Positions 41,934 through 50,777 of a stretch of DNA of 64,000 nucleotides are shown piece after piece. Location: positions 896,001 through 960,000 of the forward strand of contig CAVYYI010000001.1 in the NCBI GenBank assembly GCA_963772725.1, written 5' to 3'. This stretch comes from an uncultured Phycisphaerales bacterium (GTDB taxonomy: Bacteria; Planctomycetota; Phycisphaerae; Sedimentisphaerales; Anaerobacaceae). The position numbers and the translations under genes were made by a program. Every line of letters starts with the position of its first letter. Within the stretch, counting starts at the first letter, position 1. The notes below the pieces were generated by a model. It had not been told where the DNA came from, made no database searches, and worked only from the letters and a program-made list of their open reading frames with translations.

Positions 41934-44675
41934 TTAGACGGCGTAAACGGGCATATCTTTTCTGAGCAGTTCGTAAATGGTTTTGCCTGACTTAATGGCA
42001 TCAGCGGAGGCCTTTCTGAATTCGGCCTGCAACTGATTGTAATCCATAGCTTTCAATGTTGCCACATCTTTGCCGGTCTTGCCATTCTCTGCGACGAACT
42101 TTGCCATCGCGTCTGTGGCCATCTCACGAATAAGCTGCCAGAGTTCCTTGCCGTCTCTTGCGGCAACGGCTCTGCCCAGCGCCAGCGACAGGGACAGAAT
42201 CGCGTTCATACCAAGAACGCCTTTTCGCTGCATAATCTGAATCTTTCTCTGTGCAGGAGCGTTCTGGTCGATTATGCCCAGAGCAATAGCTTCCTGGCAT
42301 TCGATACTCAAAAGCTGTCTGTCTGTATCGAGCAGACTGCCGAGCTGCGAAAGCTTCTTGCCCGTAAAGGCCTTTGCCAGTATGGTTTCAATATGGTTGA
42401 CCGCATCCATACAGCCTTTGCCGTCGTAACGTCTGCTTTTCTTCCATAGAGCCAGAAGTTCCGGGTCGTTCTTGGCCTTAAGCTCGTCAAACTTGATTCC
42501 CTTCTTGAACCTGTAAGTGCCGTCCTCTTCGCTCCTGAACAATTCCGGATATTGCTTGGTTATTTTTCCGGAACGAACGATACTGTCAACATAGTGAATA
42601 GCCTCGTCGATACCAGCGGAAGTTCCCAGAGGAGTGGAGCCTTTGAACCGTATAATGCCGCTTCTGCCGAGGAACAGTGTAGCCGCCGCGGAAGGAATAC
42701 CGGCGTTTGTGGCCTCTTCCGTTCCGCTGATTGTCTCGATGGTCAGCATTCTGATTAAGAGGCTTGTGATATCCATTTCTGAGGCATTAGCCGCAAGTGT
42801 AACATCGCTTCTGCCTGTTAATTTAGTAATCAGTTCTTTAAGGCTTGCTTCCATTTGCTGCTTTTCCTGCTGGGAGATTTCCTTCTGGCTGGCCTTTGCC
42901 AGGGCGAGGATTTCCATTACGCGGCCGTACTTCTGTAATCTTTCAGTGTTGGCGCCGCCGCCTGCCTTCATACCCATGGCGTTCATTGCTGTAGAGATAT
43001 CCGCCTCAAACGGGTCATTGGGAGATTTCGAGCGGTGTGAAACAACCAGTTCAGCGTTATAAGCCAGAGATGTCAGCATCGCAAGCACTGTTTCGGAAAG
43101 AGTTCCAATCTGGTTGGCTTTAATAAGTGATGCGTTGATTTCGCCGTTCCTGGCGCACTTTTCGATATTTTCATCCTTTGTCGTAACAAGGTCATCACCG
43201 ATGATGAATATTCTGTCGCCGAGACCTTCAACATTATTTTGTTTATCGCCCTGCATGAGCAGTTTCCAGCCGGCGTGGTCTCTTTCACCGAAACCGTCCT
43301 CAATGGAAAGAACCGGGATGCCTTTTCCCATCGCCTCTTTGTAAAGCTTAAGAACTTCATCACGGCTCATATCGACTTTACTCTTATCTCTCCAGAAACG
43401 ATACATACCGACCGAATCCATCTGGCCTGTCTCTTCGCGATACGCGTTTTCAAGTTCTGAGGCCGCCGGGTCAAGGGCGATTGCCACATCGACGCCGGGA
43501 ACATATTCGCAATCGAGAATGGCCTGCTTCATCATTCGCCACATTCTCTGTTCAGGAACTCTATCGGTTGGCTCTTTATCAATGTAAGGAGCAAGACCGC
43601 CTTCAAGGCCGATACCCATAACCTTTGCGCCTGGAGCAGACTCGATAATTTCCTTGAGACGATACTGAAGTTTAACGGTCATTTCCTGCGCCTCTTCATA
43701 GGTTTTCGGCGAAAGAGGCATGAACATGCTTTCCTGCATGCTTATATTGCTTTCGGGATATTCTTTTTCTGTATGGCGGCCGCCCATTGCGCAGTTTCTG
43801 AACTGCCAGGGTGCGGTTACCTTTGTGCCGTTTTTCAGTGTGATTTCCTGCGGCCTTGAAGTGAGCATTTTCTGCTTTACTTCTTTTACACGAACCAGCC
43901 AGCTTTCCTTTGAAATGGCCTGAGCGGCTCTTGCGGCCTGCTCGGCAGCAGCCTTTTCTCTTGTCCTGAATTCTTTAAGTTTACCGCGGTCTGCCTCGAA
44001 GCGGTCTAACAATGCGACGCAACCGGGAGCGAGGAAGAACCTGCCGATATAAATCAGTATGTCGCTGCCGGTCTTAAGTCCGAGTGCAATAAGAATCAGA
44101 GCGACAGGCAGACAGATTGTGGCCAGCCATTGACTCCAGATAGGAGCCGCCGCCGCCACTGCAAGATTATATGGCGCATCTGGTGCGTAGTTGCCTGCAT
44201 CCCTTTTGACACCGCCGAATTTACCCCACGGAATAGCCAAAAACATCTTCGCGTACCAGCCGAATTTTTCACCAAAGCCTTTGTCTTTCATAGCGTCTGC
44301 CATTTCCTGTGAATCCTTGTTCAAGGCGGTCAGCTTTGCGGCGGTGAGGAAGTGTCCCATTTCGTGAATGGCGATGGCGGTGTGCCACGACAGGTACAGA
44401 ACCGCCAATGAAATAAATGTTTCCCAGCTTGCGAACACGAACTCGAGAACCGCGAACTTTGGTTTTATCGCATCAGGAATTGCGAACACCTTGTCGAGCC
44501 AAAGCATCTGGCCGCCGGCGGTAGCCGCTGAAATATTCAAAATAGATGAAATAAAGGCGGCGTGGAAGGAAACCAGTTTATGGTTCGCTATTACCCAGCC
44601 TCTTTCAAGATACCCTGCCGCACGGGGCATTAATAAGCCTTCTGCCGTTTTTTCTGTCCTGCTTTTCATTGTCAT
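41934..44675 (-). CDS. Domain-permuted enolase (phosphopyruvate hydratase-like) fused to an N-terminal membrane HExxH domain
   Basis: aa ~288-592 enolase barrel (GGRH, QES, LEGG, ALDPAASE, SIEDG, GDDL, LIKANQIGTLSET, VSHRS, ERLQKY); aa ~644-850 enolase N-domain (PLGTSAG..EA, RYDGKG, LGMNAILSLSLA); aa 104-108 HEMGH. Confidence 0.88.
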   Translation of the reverse strand: MTMKSRTEKTAEGLLMPRAAGYLERGWVIANHKLVSFHAAFISSILNISAATAGGQMLWLDKVFAIPDAIKPKFAVLEFVFASWETFISLAVLYLSWHTAIAIHEMGHFLTAAKLTALNKDSQEMADAMKDKGFGEKFGWYAKMFLAIPWGKFGGVKRDAGNYAPDAPYNLAVAAAAPIWSQWLATICLPVALILIALGLKTGSDILIYIGRFFLAPGCVALLDRFEADRGKLKEFRTREKAAAEQAARAAQAISKESWLVRVKEVKQKMLTSRPQEITLKNGTKVTAPWQFRNCAMGGRHTEKEYPESNISMQESMFMPLSPKTYEEAQEMTVKLQYRLKEIIESAPGAKVMGIGLEGGLAPYIDKEPTDRVPEQRMWRMMKQAILDCEYVPGVDVAIALDPAASELENAYREETGQMDSVGMYRFWRDKSKVDMSRDEVLKLYKEAMGKGIPVLSIEDGFGERDHAGWKLLMQGDKQNNVEGLGDRIFIIGDDLVTTKDENIEKCARNGEINASLIKANQIGTLSETVLAMLTSLAYNAELVVSHRSKSPNDPFEADISTAMNAMGMKAGGGANTERLQKYGRVMEILALAKASQKEISQQEKQQMEASLKELITKLTGRSDVTLAANASEMDITSLLIRMLTIETISGTEEATNAGIPSAAATLFLGRSGIIRFKGSTPLGTSAGIDEAIHYVDSIVRSGKITKQYPELFRSEEDGTYRFKKGIKFDELKAKNDPELLALWKKSRRYDGKGCMDAVNHIETILAKAFTGKKLSQLGSLLDTDRQLLSIECQEAIALGIIDQNAPAQRKIQIMQRKGVLGMNAILSLSLALGRAVAARDGKELWQLIREMATDAMAKFVAENGKTGKDVATLKAMDYNQLQAEFRKASADAIKSGKTIYELLRKDMPVYAV

Positions 44676-44742
44676 TTTTTCTCCTGTTTATATTAGATTC
44701 ATTCTTTTTACGTTTTTCGTCGGTCGGTTATACTGCTCGTTT

Positions 44743-44811
44743 CGTCGTGCGTATTGCGTACCGCGTATTGCGGGCCTTTTTCGCACGACGCTTCACGCAC
44801 GACGCAATACG
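44743..44811. repeat. Inverted heptamer-repeat hairpin in the 5' leader of the enolase fusion gene
   Basis: cgtcgtg cgtattg cgtaccg cgtattg ... cgcacga cgcttca cgcacga cgcaata. Confidence 0.7.
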
Positions 44812-44839
44812 ATACCAGTGCATTTTAAAAAACCTGCAA

Positions 44840-44868
44840 AGTTTGCCATTTTTCAACGCTCCTGTCAA
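44840..44868 (-). promoter_or_regulatory. Putative sigma70 promoter of the enolase fusion gene
   Basis: Minus strand TTGACA-N17-CAAACT. Confidence 0.45.
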
Positions 44869-44936
44869 CAATATTTTCCAAACATCGCTAAATTTTTAGA
44901 CAGGATAACAGGATTAACCTTTTATTCTTTCAAATA

Positions 44937-45091
44937 TCAAGCTTGATATGCGACGGATGAAGCTTTGAAAATGATTTTTGAAGCTTCATATATTAAAAAT
45001 GAAGCTTCACATTCGATATTTGAAGCTTTAAATTTCGTTTTTGAAGCTTGATATGTGACATTTCATCTTCGATTTATGGGATGTTATGCTT
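44937..45091. repeat. 21-bp periodic array with palindromic AAGCTT core
   Basis: AAGCTT at 44939, 44960, 44981, 45002, 45023, 45044; degenerate unit at 45065; ATGCTT at 45086. Confidence 0.9.
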
Positions 45092-45255
45092 GAAAAACAG
45101 CGTTTCCAGTAATGGAAAATGCCGACGGCGGATGACTCGTATAAGTGTACGGACGACTTGTTCCTTGACAAAAACGGCGGTTTTGATAGTAAAAACCAGT
45201 TTAACCGAAGATTGATACCAATTCGGTTACTTTATGGCCGGACATCTTTAATTCT

Positions 45256-46089
45256 TCACTTTCCCTGATCGCCAGAAACTTTATACCCTAAAAAATGAGA
45301 AATCTCTTTTGAAACTTTGAATGACCAATCTGAAATCACCTGACAACTGTCGAGATAATTTGTTCTGAGGCGGGCGTGGTTATCGGTGCTAAGACTGCCA
45401 TCATAGCTTTTTTCAAAGTAAAAATTGTTACGATCTATTTGCTCATTAATGATATTAAGTTGACGGAAGATATTTAATAATAAATTGCGTTCTTTCTTTT
45501 TCAGTATGGGGATTGAGTGAATGTTGTTCTGTAAAAAGTCATACCGCAGCTTTTTTATGAATTGGCAACTACTTCCTTGTTGTCGTTCGGTCTTAAAATG
45601 TTCGTGGACGCGAACAAAATCCTGAATGTTTTGCTTGTTGTCAAGGAGTTGAATTATCTGGTTATGCAAGGCCTCGTCATCAAGAGGAGCGGATAGCTGA
45701 AGAAAGTTGAATTCTTTATCTAATTTACACCAACATTCAACTTTTTCGGCTGAAATAGAAGCATCGCGGTTAAGAATAAGGTAGCTTAAAATAGATAGGT
45801 TCTGTTTCAATTCCGCAAGGACTCCTTCCCGAAATTCTTTCTTTTTTCTTACCCTATGCAGATAATCTATAAAACACGTGCTGATCAAGCCAAGTATAAA
45901 ACCAAATAATATATCAAACTTGGAAGATAATCCTTTAGCCCAAATACCGTCTTCCGCCGTCCCTGATGGAACAGTTGAATTGTTAGCAGATAATCTCAAC
46001 GCGTTGGGGTCATAATTATCAGATGAAAAACAGTAAGCAGTGGCTAAGCAAATCGGTATCGCTGCCCAACAAATATGGTTCTTGTACAT
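45256..46089 (-). CDS. Hypothetical protein with N-terminal hydrophobic segments (AT-rich orphan)
   Basis: 277-aa ORF; TM-like ILFGFILGLISTCFIDY; no recognisable motif. Confidence 0.6.
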   Translation of the reverse strand: MYKNHICWAAIPICLATAYCFSSDNYDPNALRLSANNSTVPSGTAEDGIWAKGLSSKFDILFGFILGLISTCFIDYLHRVRKKKEFREGVLAELKQNLSILSYLILNRDASISAEKVECWCKLDKEFNFLQLSAPLDDEALHNQIIQLLDNKQNIQDFVRVHEHFKTERQQGSSCQFIKKLRYDFLQNNIHSIPILKKKERNLLLNIFRQLNIINEQIDRNNFYFEKSYDGSLSTDNHARLRTNYLDSCQVISDWSFKVSKEISHFLGYKVSGDQGK

Positions 46090-46173
46090 ATCACGCTTCC
46101 TTTAAATTGTGAACGAAAATTGCGACTCTCTGGCCGCTAACAGCCTCATTTATACGCACCTATCCTTATTTCG

Positions 46174-47910
46174 CTACTTGTAAATCAACTTAAAAAGGTT
46201 GTTTGCCGACTCCACATCCAGAGTTTTTAAGATTTTGTACTCCTGCAAAGCAGAATTCTTGTTTCCGATGTCAACATAAGCAATACCAAGATTATAGTGT
46301 GCGTTGACATAGTTCGGTTTAATTACGATTGCTTGTTTGTAAGCCTCTATTTCTTCTGAACTATGGCTGAGTTGACCGCAAGTAACACCAAGACCATAGT
46401 GCGCCTCTGCGAAATCTGGTTTGATTGTGATGGCTTGCTTGTATGCTTGCATTGCTTCCTGCCAGCGACCAAGTTGCCCGTAGACAAAACCAAGTTCTGA
46501 GTATGCCTCTGCATAAATCGGTTTGGTCCTTATTGCCTGAGTACACGCTTCTATGGCTTCTTGATATCGACTGAGTAGTCCACAAGCAACGCCGAGATTA
46601 TAATAAGCCTCTGCGTAATCTGACTTACTCTTTATTGCCAGTTTGCACATGTCAATCACTTCCTGATAGCTGCCAAGAGTTCCGTAAACAACACCAAGAT
46701 TATAGTATGCTTCAGCATAATCATGTTTGATATTAATTGCTTGCTTAAGCGATTTCAGTGCATCTGAACTACGACCAAGATTGCTATAAACAATGCCAAG
46801 GTCAAAATAAGCCTGGGCGTAATCCGGTTTGATTCGGATCGCTTCATTAAAAGCTTCTATCGCCTTATCATTGTTACCAAGATTATGGTAAGCAAATCCA
46901 AGTTCAAAGTGTGCGCTGGCATAATTGGGATAGATTTTTATGGCTTCCTTGCAAGCTTCTACCGCCTGTTGATATTGACCGATTTTGCAAAAAGCTACGG
47001 AAAGAGCATAATACCCAGCAGCATAATCCGGTTTGATTCTTATTGCCTGTTTGAAGGCCTCTATTGCCTCCTTCCAATTGCCGCGGCCACTGTAAGCAGC
47101 ACCAAGGCCCGCATATGCTTCGAAGCAATTTGGGGTTTTTGTGAGTGCCTTTTGAAAATAAACAATAGCCGTATCCCAGTTTTCTTGGAACACTTCTACA
47201 ATACCCTCTTCATATAACTTTTCAATATCGTTAGGTTCTGTCTTTGAAATCTGGGCAGCATAATCTCTCAAAACGGTTAATTTGCCAGTTTCTTCCAACG
47301 CTATAAGTCTATAGCTCGGCACAACAAAATTTAGGTTTTTGGGAAATATCAATGTAGCAATGCCTATTACCTCACCTTTGTTGTTTATAACCGGACTTCC
47401 GCTTGAGTCAGGTGAAATGGTAGCAGCTATCTGGATTATTTTGCCAAAGGCGGGAATATCTTGAACTGATGATACGATGCCGTTTGATACAGTTGATTCA
47501 AAGCCAAGGGGATTACCTATAACAAAAATATCCTCACCCTCAGAAGGCACATTCACGCTGAGTTTTAAGAATGTTATATTGGCATCCGGTATGTTCACGA
47601 CGAGCTTGACAATATCGGCTTCGGTATTTTTGGCAACAATACCCTGCACCGGATATTCTTTGCCTGCTGATGTTTTAATAGTAGCTGAATAAGCGCCTTT
47701 GATAACGTGATGGTTCGTGATAAGCCTGCCTTTATTATCTATGAAGAATCCGCTTCCCTTAGCAATTGGCTTGTTATCCTTGTCGAAGGTTTCTATAAGA
47801 ACAACGCTTGACTTTACTTTTTTTACCAAATCGACAAGAGTCTGGTCGGCTTGTATAGCCGAAAGACTTATTAATAAAATACTCGCGAACAAAAGATTCC
47901 GTTTTTTCAT
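46174..47910 (-). CDS. Secreted trypsin-like (HtrA-type) serine protease domain plus TPR repeats
   Basis: Signal peptide; GSGFF, TNHHV, DIV, IGNPLG, ISPDSSGSP; about ten TPRs (AEAYYNLG...AI.IKPD). Confidence 0.92.
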   Translation of the reverse strand: MKKRNLLFASILLISLSAIQADQTLVDLVKKVKSSVVLIETFDKDNKPIAKGSGFFIDNKGRLITNHHVIKGAYSATIKTSAGKEYPVQGIVAKNTEADIVKLVVNIPDANITFLKLSVNVPSEGEDIFVIGNPLGFESTVSNGIVSSVQDIPAFGKIIQIAATISPDSSGSPVINNKGEVIGIATLIFPKNLNFVVPSYRLIALEETGKLTVLRDYAAQISKTEPNDIEKLYEEGIVEVFQENWDTAIVYFQKALTKTPNCFEAYAGLGAAYSGRGNWKEAIEAFKQAIRIKPDYAAGYYALSVAFCKIGQYQQAVEACKEAIKIYPNYASAHFELGFAYHNLGNNDKAIEAFNEAIRIKPDYAQAYFDLGIVYSNLGRSSDALKSLKQAINIKHDYAEAYYNLGVVYGTLGSYQEVIDMCKLAIKSKSDYAEAYYNLGVACGLLSRYQEAIEACTQAIRTKPIYAEAYSELGFVYGQLGRWQEAMQAYKQAITIKPDFAEAHYGLGVTCGQLSHSSEEIEAYKQAIVIKPNYVNAHYNLGIAYVDIGNKNSALQEYKILKTLDVESANNLFKLIYK

Positions 47911-48093
47911 TGTCTCAATTTCCAAAAAACTATGCTGCTTCAATACCCGTTTTTTTTGCGATTATACGAATTTGGGAGGGTAATACAACTATTTTTTGTG
48001 TGGGAACGCCGAAATACCCCTGCCCGCAGGTGGCAGGGCTAAACTTAAAAAACTTTTCTTAAAGGTTAGCAGATGATATAATCCCAGGTTACT

Positions 48094-48150
48094 GCGTATA
48101 GCGGATAGCATATAGTAAACTGACCGCTGAACGCTGTACGCTAAACGCTA
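48094..48150. repeat. Inverted heptamer-repeat element in the truD leader
   Basis: gcgtata gcggata gcatata ... accgctg aacgctg tacgcta aacgcta. Confidence 0.6.
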
Positions 48151-48178
48151 ATAGATAGGATAATAATGGGCAATTTAA

Positions 48179-49414
48179 ATGAAAGTCGCCCCGTTGCCGT
48201 TTCTGACGGGTGATGTTGTTGGGCTTGGCGGGGATATTAAGGTACGTGAAGAAGATTTTTTGGTCGAGGAGATGCCTTTGTATCAGGCCAGCGGTGAAGG
48301 TACGCATATTTACGCACTGATTGAAAAAAAGGGAATAGCGACGATGGATGCGCTGGCGCAAATTGCTCGTATGCTGCATATTCAGCGTAAAGATATCGGG
48401 TTTGCGGGGCAGAAAGACGCCCGGGCGGTGACGCGGCAGTGGATATCCATTGAGCATATCAAGCCTGAAACACTTTCAGGCCTTAATCTTCCAAATATCA
48501 AAATACTTCAGCTAACCAGGCATAATAATAAGATTAAGCTCGGCCATCTTTCGGCGAATCGTTTTGTCATTCGGCTGCGAAATATTGAGTTGCCGATGAG
48601 GCAGGCGGTTCAATTCGCGGAGGAAATTTTGGCCGTCCTGTCTAAAAGAGGCGTGCCGAATTATTTTGGTCCGCAGCGGTTTGGCAATCGCAGCGACAGC
48701 CACCTGCTTGGCCATGCTGTTGTAAGGGGACAAATAGATGAGTTCGTAGATTTATTTCTGGGTAATCCTCGGAAGACAGATTTGTCCGGCTTTTTGACGG
48801 CAAGGCAGGCTTATACAAAAGGGGATTATCAAAAGGCGCACGATGCGTGGCCTTATGTTTTTGCTGACCAGCGGCGGGCGCTTAAGGCTTTGATTAAAAG
48901 CGGCGGCAATAAGAAAAAGGCGTATAATGTAGTTGATAAACATTTAAAGCGATTTTTTGTTTCAGCATATCAATCGGATATTTTCAATCGCGTTCTGGCT
49001 GCGCGTATGCCAAATATAGATAAAATACTCGTTGGCGATATGGCCTACAAACACGAGAACGGCGCGTGTTTTCGTGTTGAAGATGCCGTTATAGAGCAGC
49101 CGCGATGCGACAGATTCGAGATTAGTCCGACAGGGCCATTGTTTGGTTTTAGAATGACGGAATTGACCGGGCCGGCTGGGGAAATTGAAAATCCGGTTCT
49201 TGTACAGACTCAGTTGCAGGAACGTGATTTTCGCCAGATGGGACAGCATAACTCCCGAGGCGGGCGCAGGCCCTTGCGGTTTCAGCCTCGCAATTGCAGC
49301 GTCGCAGCGGGAAGTGACGATCTGGGTGAATATCTCGAATTGAAATTCGAACTCGATTCCGGCTGTTACGCGACAACATTACTTAGAGAGATTACTAAAA
49401 CTGAGATTGTTTAA
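48179..49414 (+). CDS. truD: tRNA pseudouridine(13) synthase TruD
   Basis: EDFLVEE, GFAGQKDARAVTRQW, GHLSANRF, PNYFGPQRFG, SAYQS, GCYATTLLRE. Confidence 0.96.
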   Translation: MKVAPLPFLTGDVVGLGGDIKVREEDFLVEEMPLYQASGEGTHIYALIEKKGIATMDALAQIARMLHIQRKDIGFAGQKDARAVTRQWISIEHIKPETLSGLNLPNIKILQLTRHNNKIKLGHLSANRFVIRLRNIELPMRQAVQFAEEILAVLSKRGVPNYFGPQRFGNRSDSHLLGHAVVRGQIDEFVDLFLGNPRKTDLSGFLTARQAYTKGDYQKAHDAWPYVFADQRRALKALIKSGGNKKKAYNVVDKHLKRFFVSAYQSDIFNRVLAARMPNIDKILVGDMAYKHENGACFRVEDAVIEQPRCDRFEISPTGPLFGFRMTELTGPAGEIENPVLVQTQLQERDFRQMGQHNSRGGRRPLRFQPRNCSVAAGSDDLGEYLELKFELDSGCYATTLLREITKTEIV

Positions 49415-49500
49415 AGACATTAGCCACAGAGAACACAGAGGCCACAGAGAAGTGAAAATTAAGAAAAGAAAATAAAAATAATTTCTGGAAAGGCGGCAAA

Positions 49501-50472
49501 GTGGACGTATTTTTTTATGAGGCGTTTGAGGAGGAGGCGGAGGCGATAAAACGTTATCTGCCGGCGGGTATTTCCGCGGGCTTCAGTTGGAAAACGATTC
49601 AGGAGTATGGCAAGGCTGAGCCTGGTGCTGCGGTTGTCAGTATACGGACGCAGTCGATAATACCGCTGGACTGGGCGACAAAAATAGACGGCATACTTGC
49701 CCGCGCCACTGGTTATGACCATATCACCGCTTATCTGAAAAACTGCAAAATAAATATTCCGTGCGGCTATCTTCCTTTATACTGCAACAGGGCAGTGGCG
49801 GAACAGGCGATGCTGTTGTGGATGTCGCTTTTGAGGAAACTGCCGCGGCAGGTGCAAAATTTCTCCAGTTTTCATCGCGACGGACTGACCGGCAGAGAGT
49901 GCGCAAATAAAACTCTGCTCGTTGTGGGAGTCGGTAACATCGGGTATGAAGTTACGAGGATTGGCAAAGGTCTGGATATGGAAGTTTTCGGCGTCGATAT
50001 TGTTCAAAAGCACGCCTCTGTAACCTATCTGACCATAGAAGAAGCAATCGGCCGGGCTGATATAGTCGTCTGCGCGATGAATCTTACCGCCCAGAACAAA
50101 AACTATTTCAATTACCCCCTGCTCAAAAAAGCCAAAACCGGCGTAATTTTTATAAATATCGCCAGGGGCGAATTATCACCCTCTGCCGACCTGCTGAGGC
50201 TTATCGATGAAAATCATCTCGCTGGGATTGGTCTGGATGTCTATAATAATGAGAGCGAACTTGCCGTTTCGTTACGCAGCGGCAAGCCAAGCCCCGATAA
50301 AGATGTTCTGGCGACGCTGGAGCTGGCGAAACGGCAAAATGTCATCATGACGCCGCATAACGCATTTAATACGCAGGAATCGGTTGATAGAAAGGCAAGT
50401 CACAGCGCAAAACAGATTGAACACTTTTTAAAGAACGGAAATTTTATCTGGCCTGTACAAGTTTTAGCTTGA
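49501..50472 (+). CDS. D-isomer-specific 2-hydroxyacid dehydrogenase (D-lactate dehydrogenase-like)
   Basis: RATGYDH, AVAEQA, GVGNIG, INIARG, GLDVYNNE, TPHNAFNT. Confidence 0.9.
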   Translation: MDVFFYEAFEEEAEAIKRYLPAGISAGFSWKTIQEYGKAEPGAAVVSIRTQSIIPLDWATKIDGILARATGYDHITAYLKNCKINIPCGYLPLYCNRAVAEQAMLLWMSLLRKLPRQVQNFSSFHRDGLTGRECANKTLLVVGVGNIGYEVTRIGKGLDMEVFGVDIVQKHASVTYLTIEEAIGRADIVVCAMNLTAQNKNYFNYPLLKKAKTGVIFINIARGELSPSADLLRLIDENHLAGIGLDVYNNESELAVSLRSGKPSPDKDVLATLELAKRQNVIMTPHNAFNTQESVDRKASHSAKQIEHFLKNGNFIWPVQVLA

Positions 50473-50497
50473 CAACGGGTCGTCAATTAATTATTAA
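50469..50497 (+). promoter_or_regulatory. Putative sigma70 promoter of the rpmF-plsX-fab operon
   Basis: TTGACA-N17-TATTAA. Confidence 0.5.
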
Positions 50498-50585
50498 GGC
50501 TGGTTTAAAACTGATTTTACGATACCATTTTATACCCCTTAGTATTAAAATATCAGTGATAACTATTTATTTTTGGAGCAGTTAA

Positions 50586-50774
50586 ATGTTACCGGTAAAA
50601 AAGACGAGTAAGACAAGAATACGTACCCGTCGCAGTCATCACCGACTAAAACCTGTAAATTATTCGGTGTGTCCCAAGTGCGACCACGCCAAATTACCGC
50701 ACGCAGCGTGCGATAACTGCGGCTACCTCAATCCCAAGATTAAAATAAAGCTCGGCAAGGAAGAGAGCGAATAA
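50586..50774 (+). CDS. rpmF: 50S ribosomal protein L32 (zinc-binding form)
   Basis: PVKKTSK..RRSH, CPKC..LPH..CDNCGY; precedes plsX. Confidence 0.95.
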   Translation: MLPVKKTSKTRIRTRRSHHRLKPVNYSVCPKCDHAKLPHAACDNCGYLNPKIKIKLGKEESE

Positions 50775-50777
50775 ACA

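Noticed and set aside
44937..45091. CRISPR array
   Set aside because: The conserved core is only 6-8 bp with 13-nt spacers, far below CRISPR dimensions, and there are no cas genes in the window
45256..47910. Integron cassette array or prophage
   Set aside because: No integrase, complete attC palindromes or phage genes are visible
49424..49449. 9-mer repeats CACAGAG (similar tract at about 16265-16292)
   Set aside because: Only about three units each; low-information intergenic repeats with no supportable function
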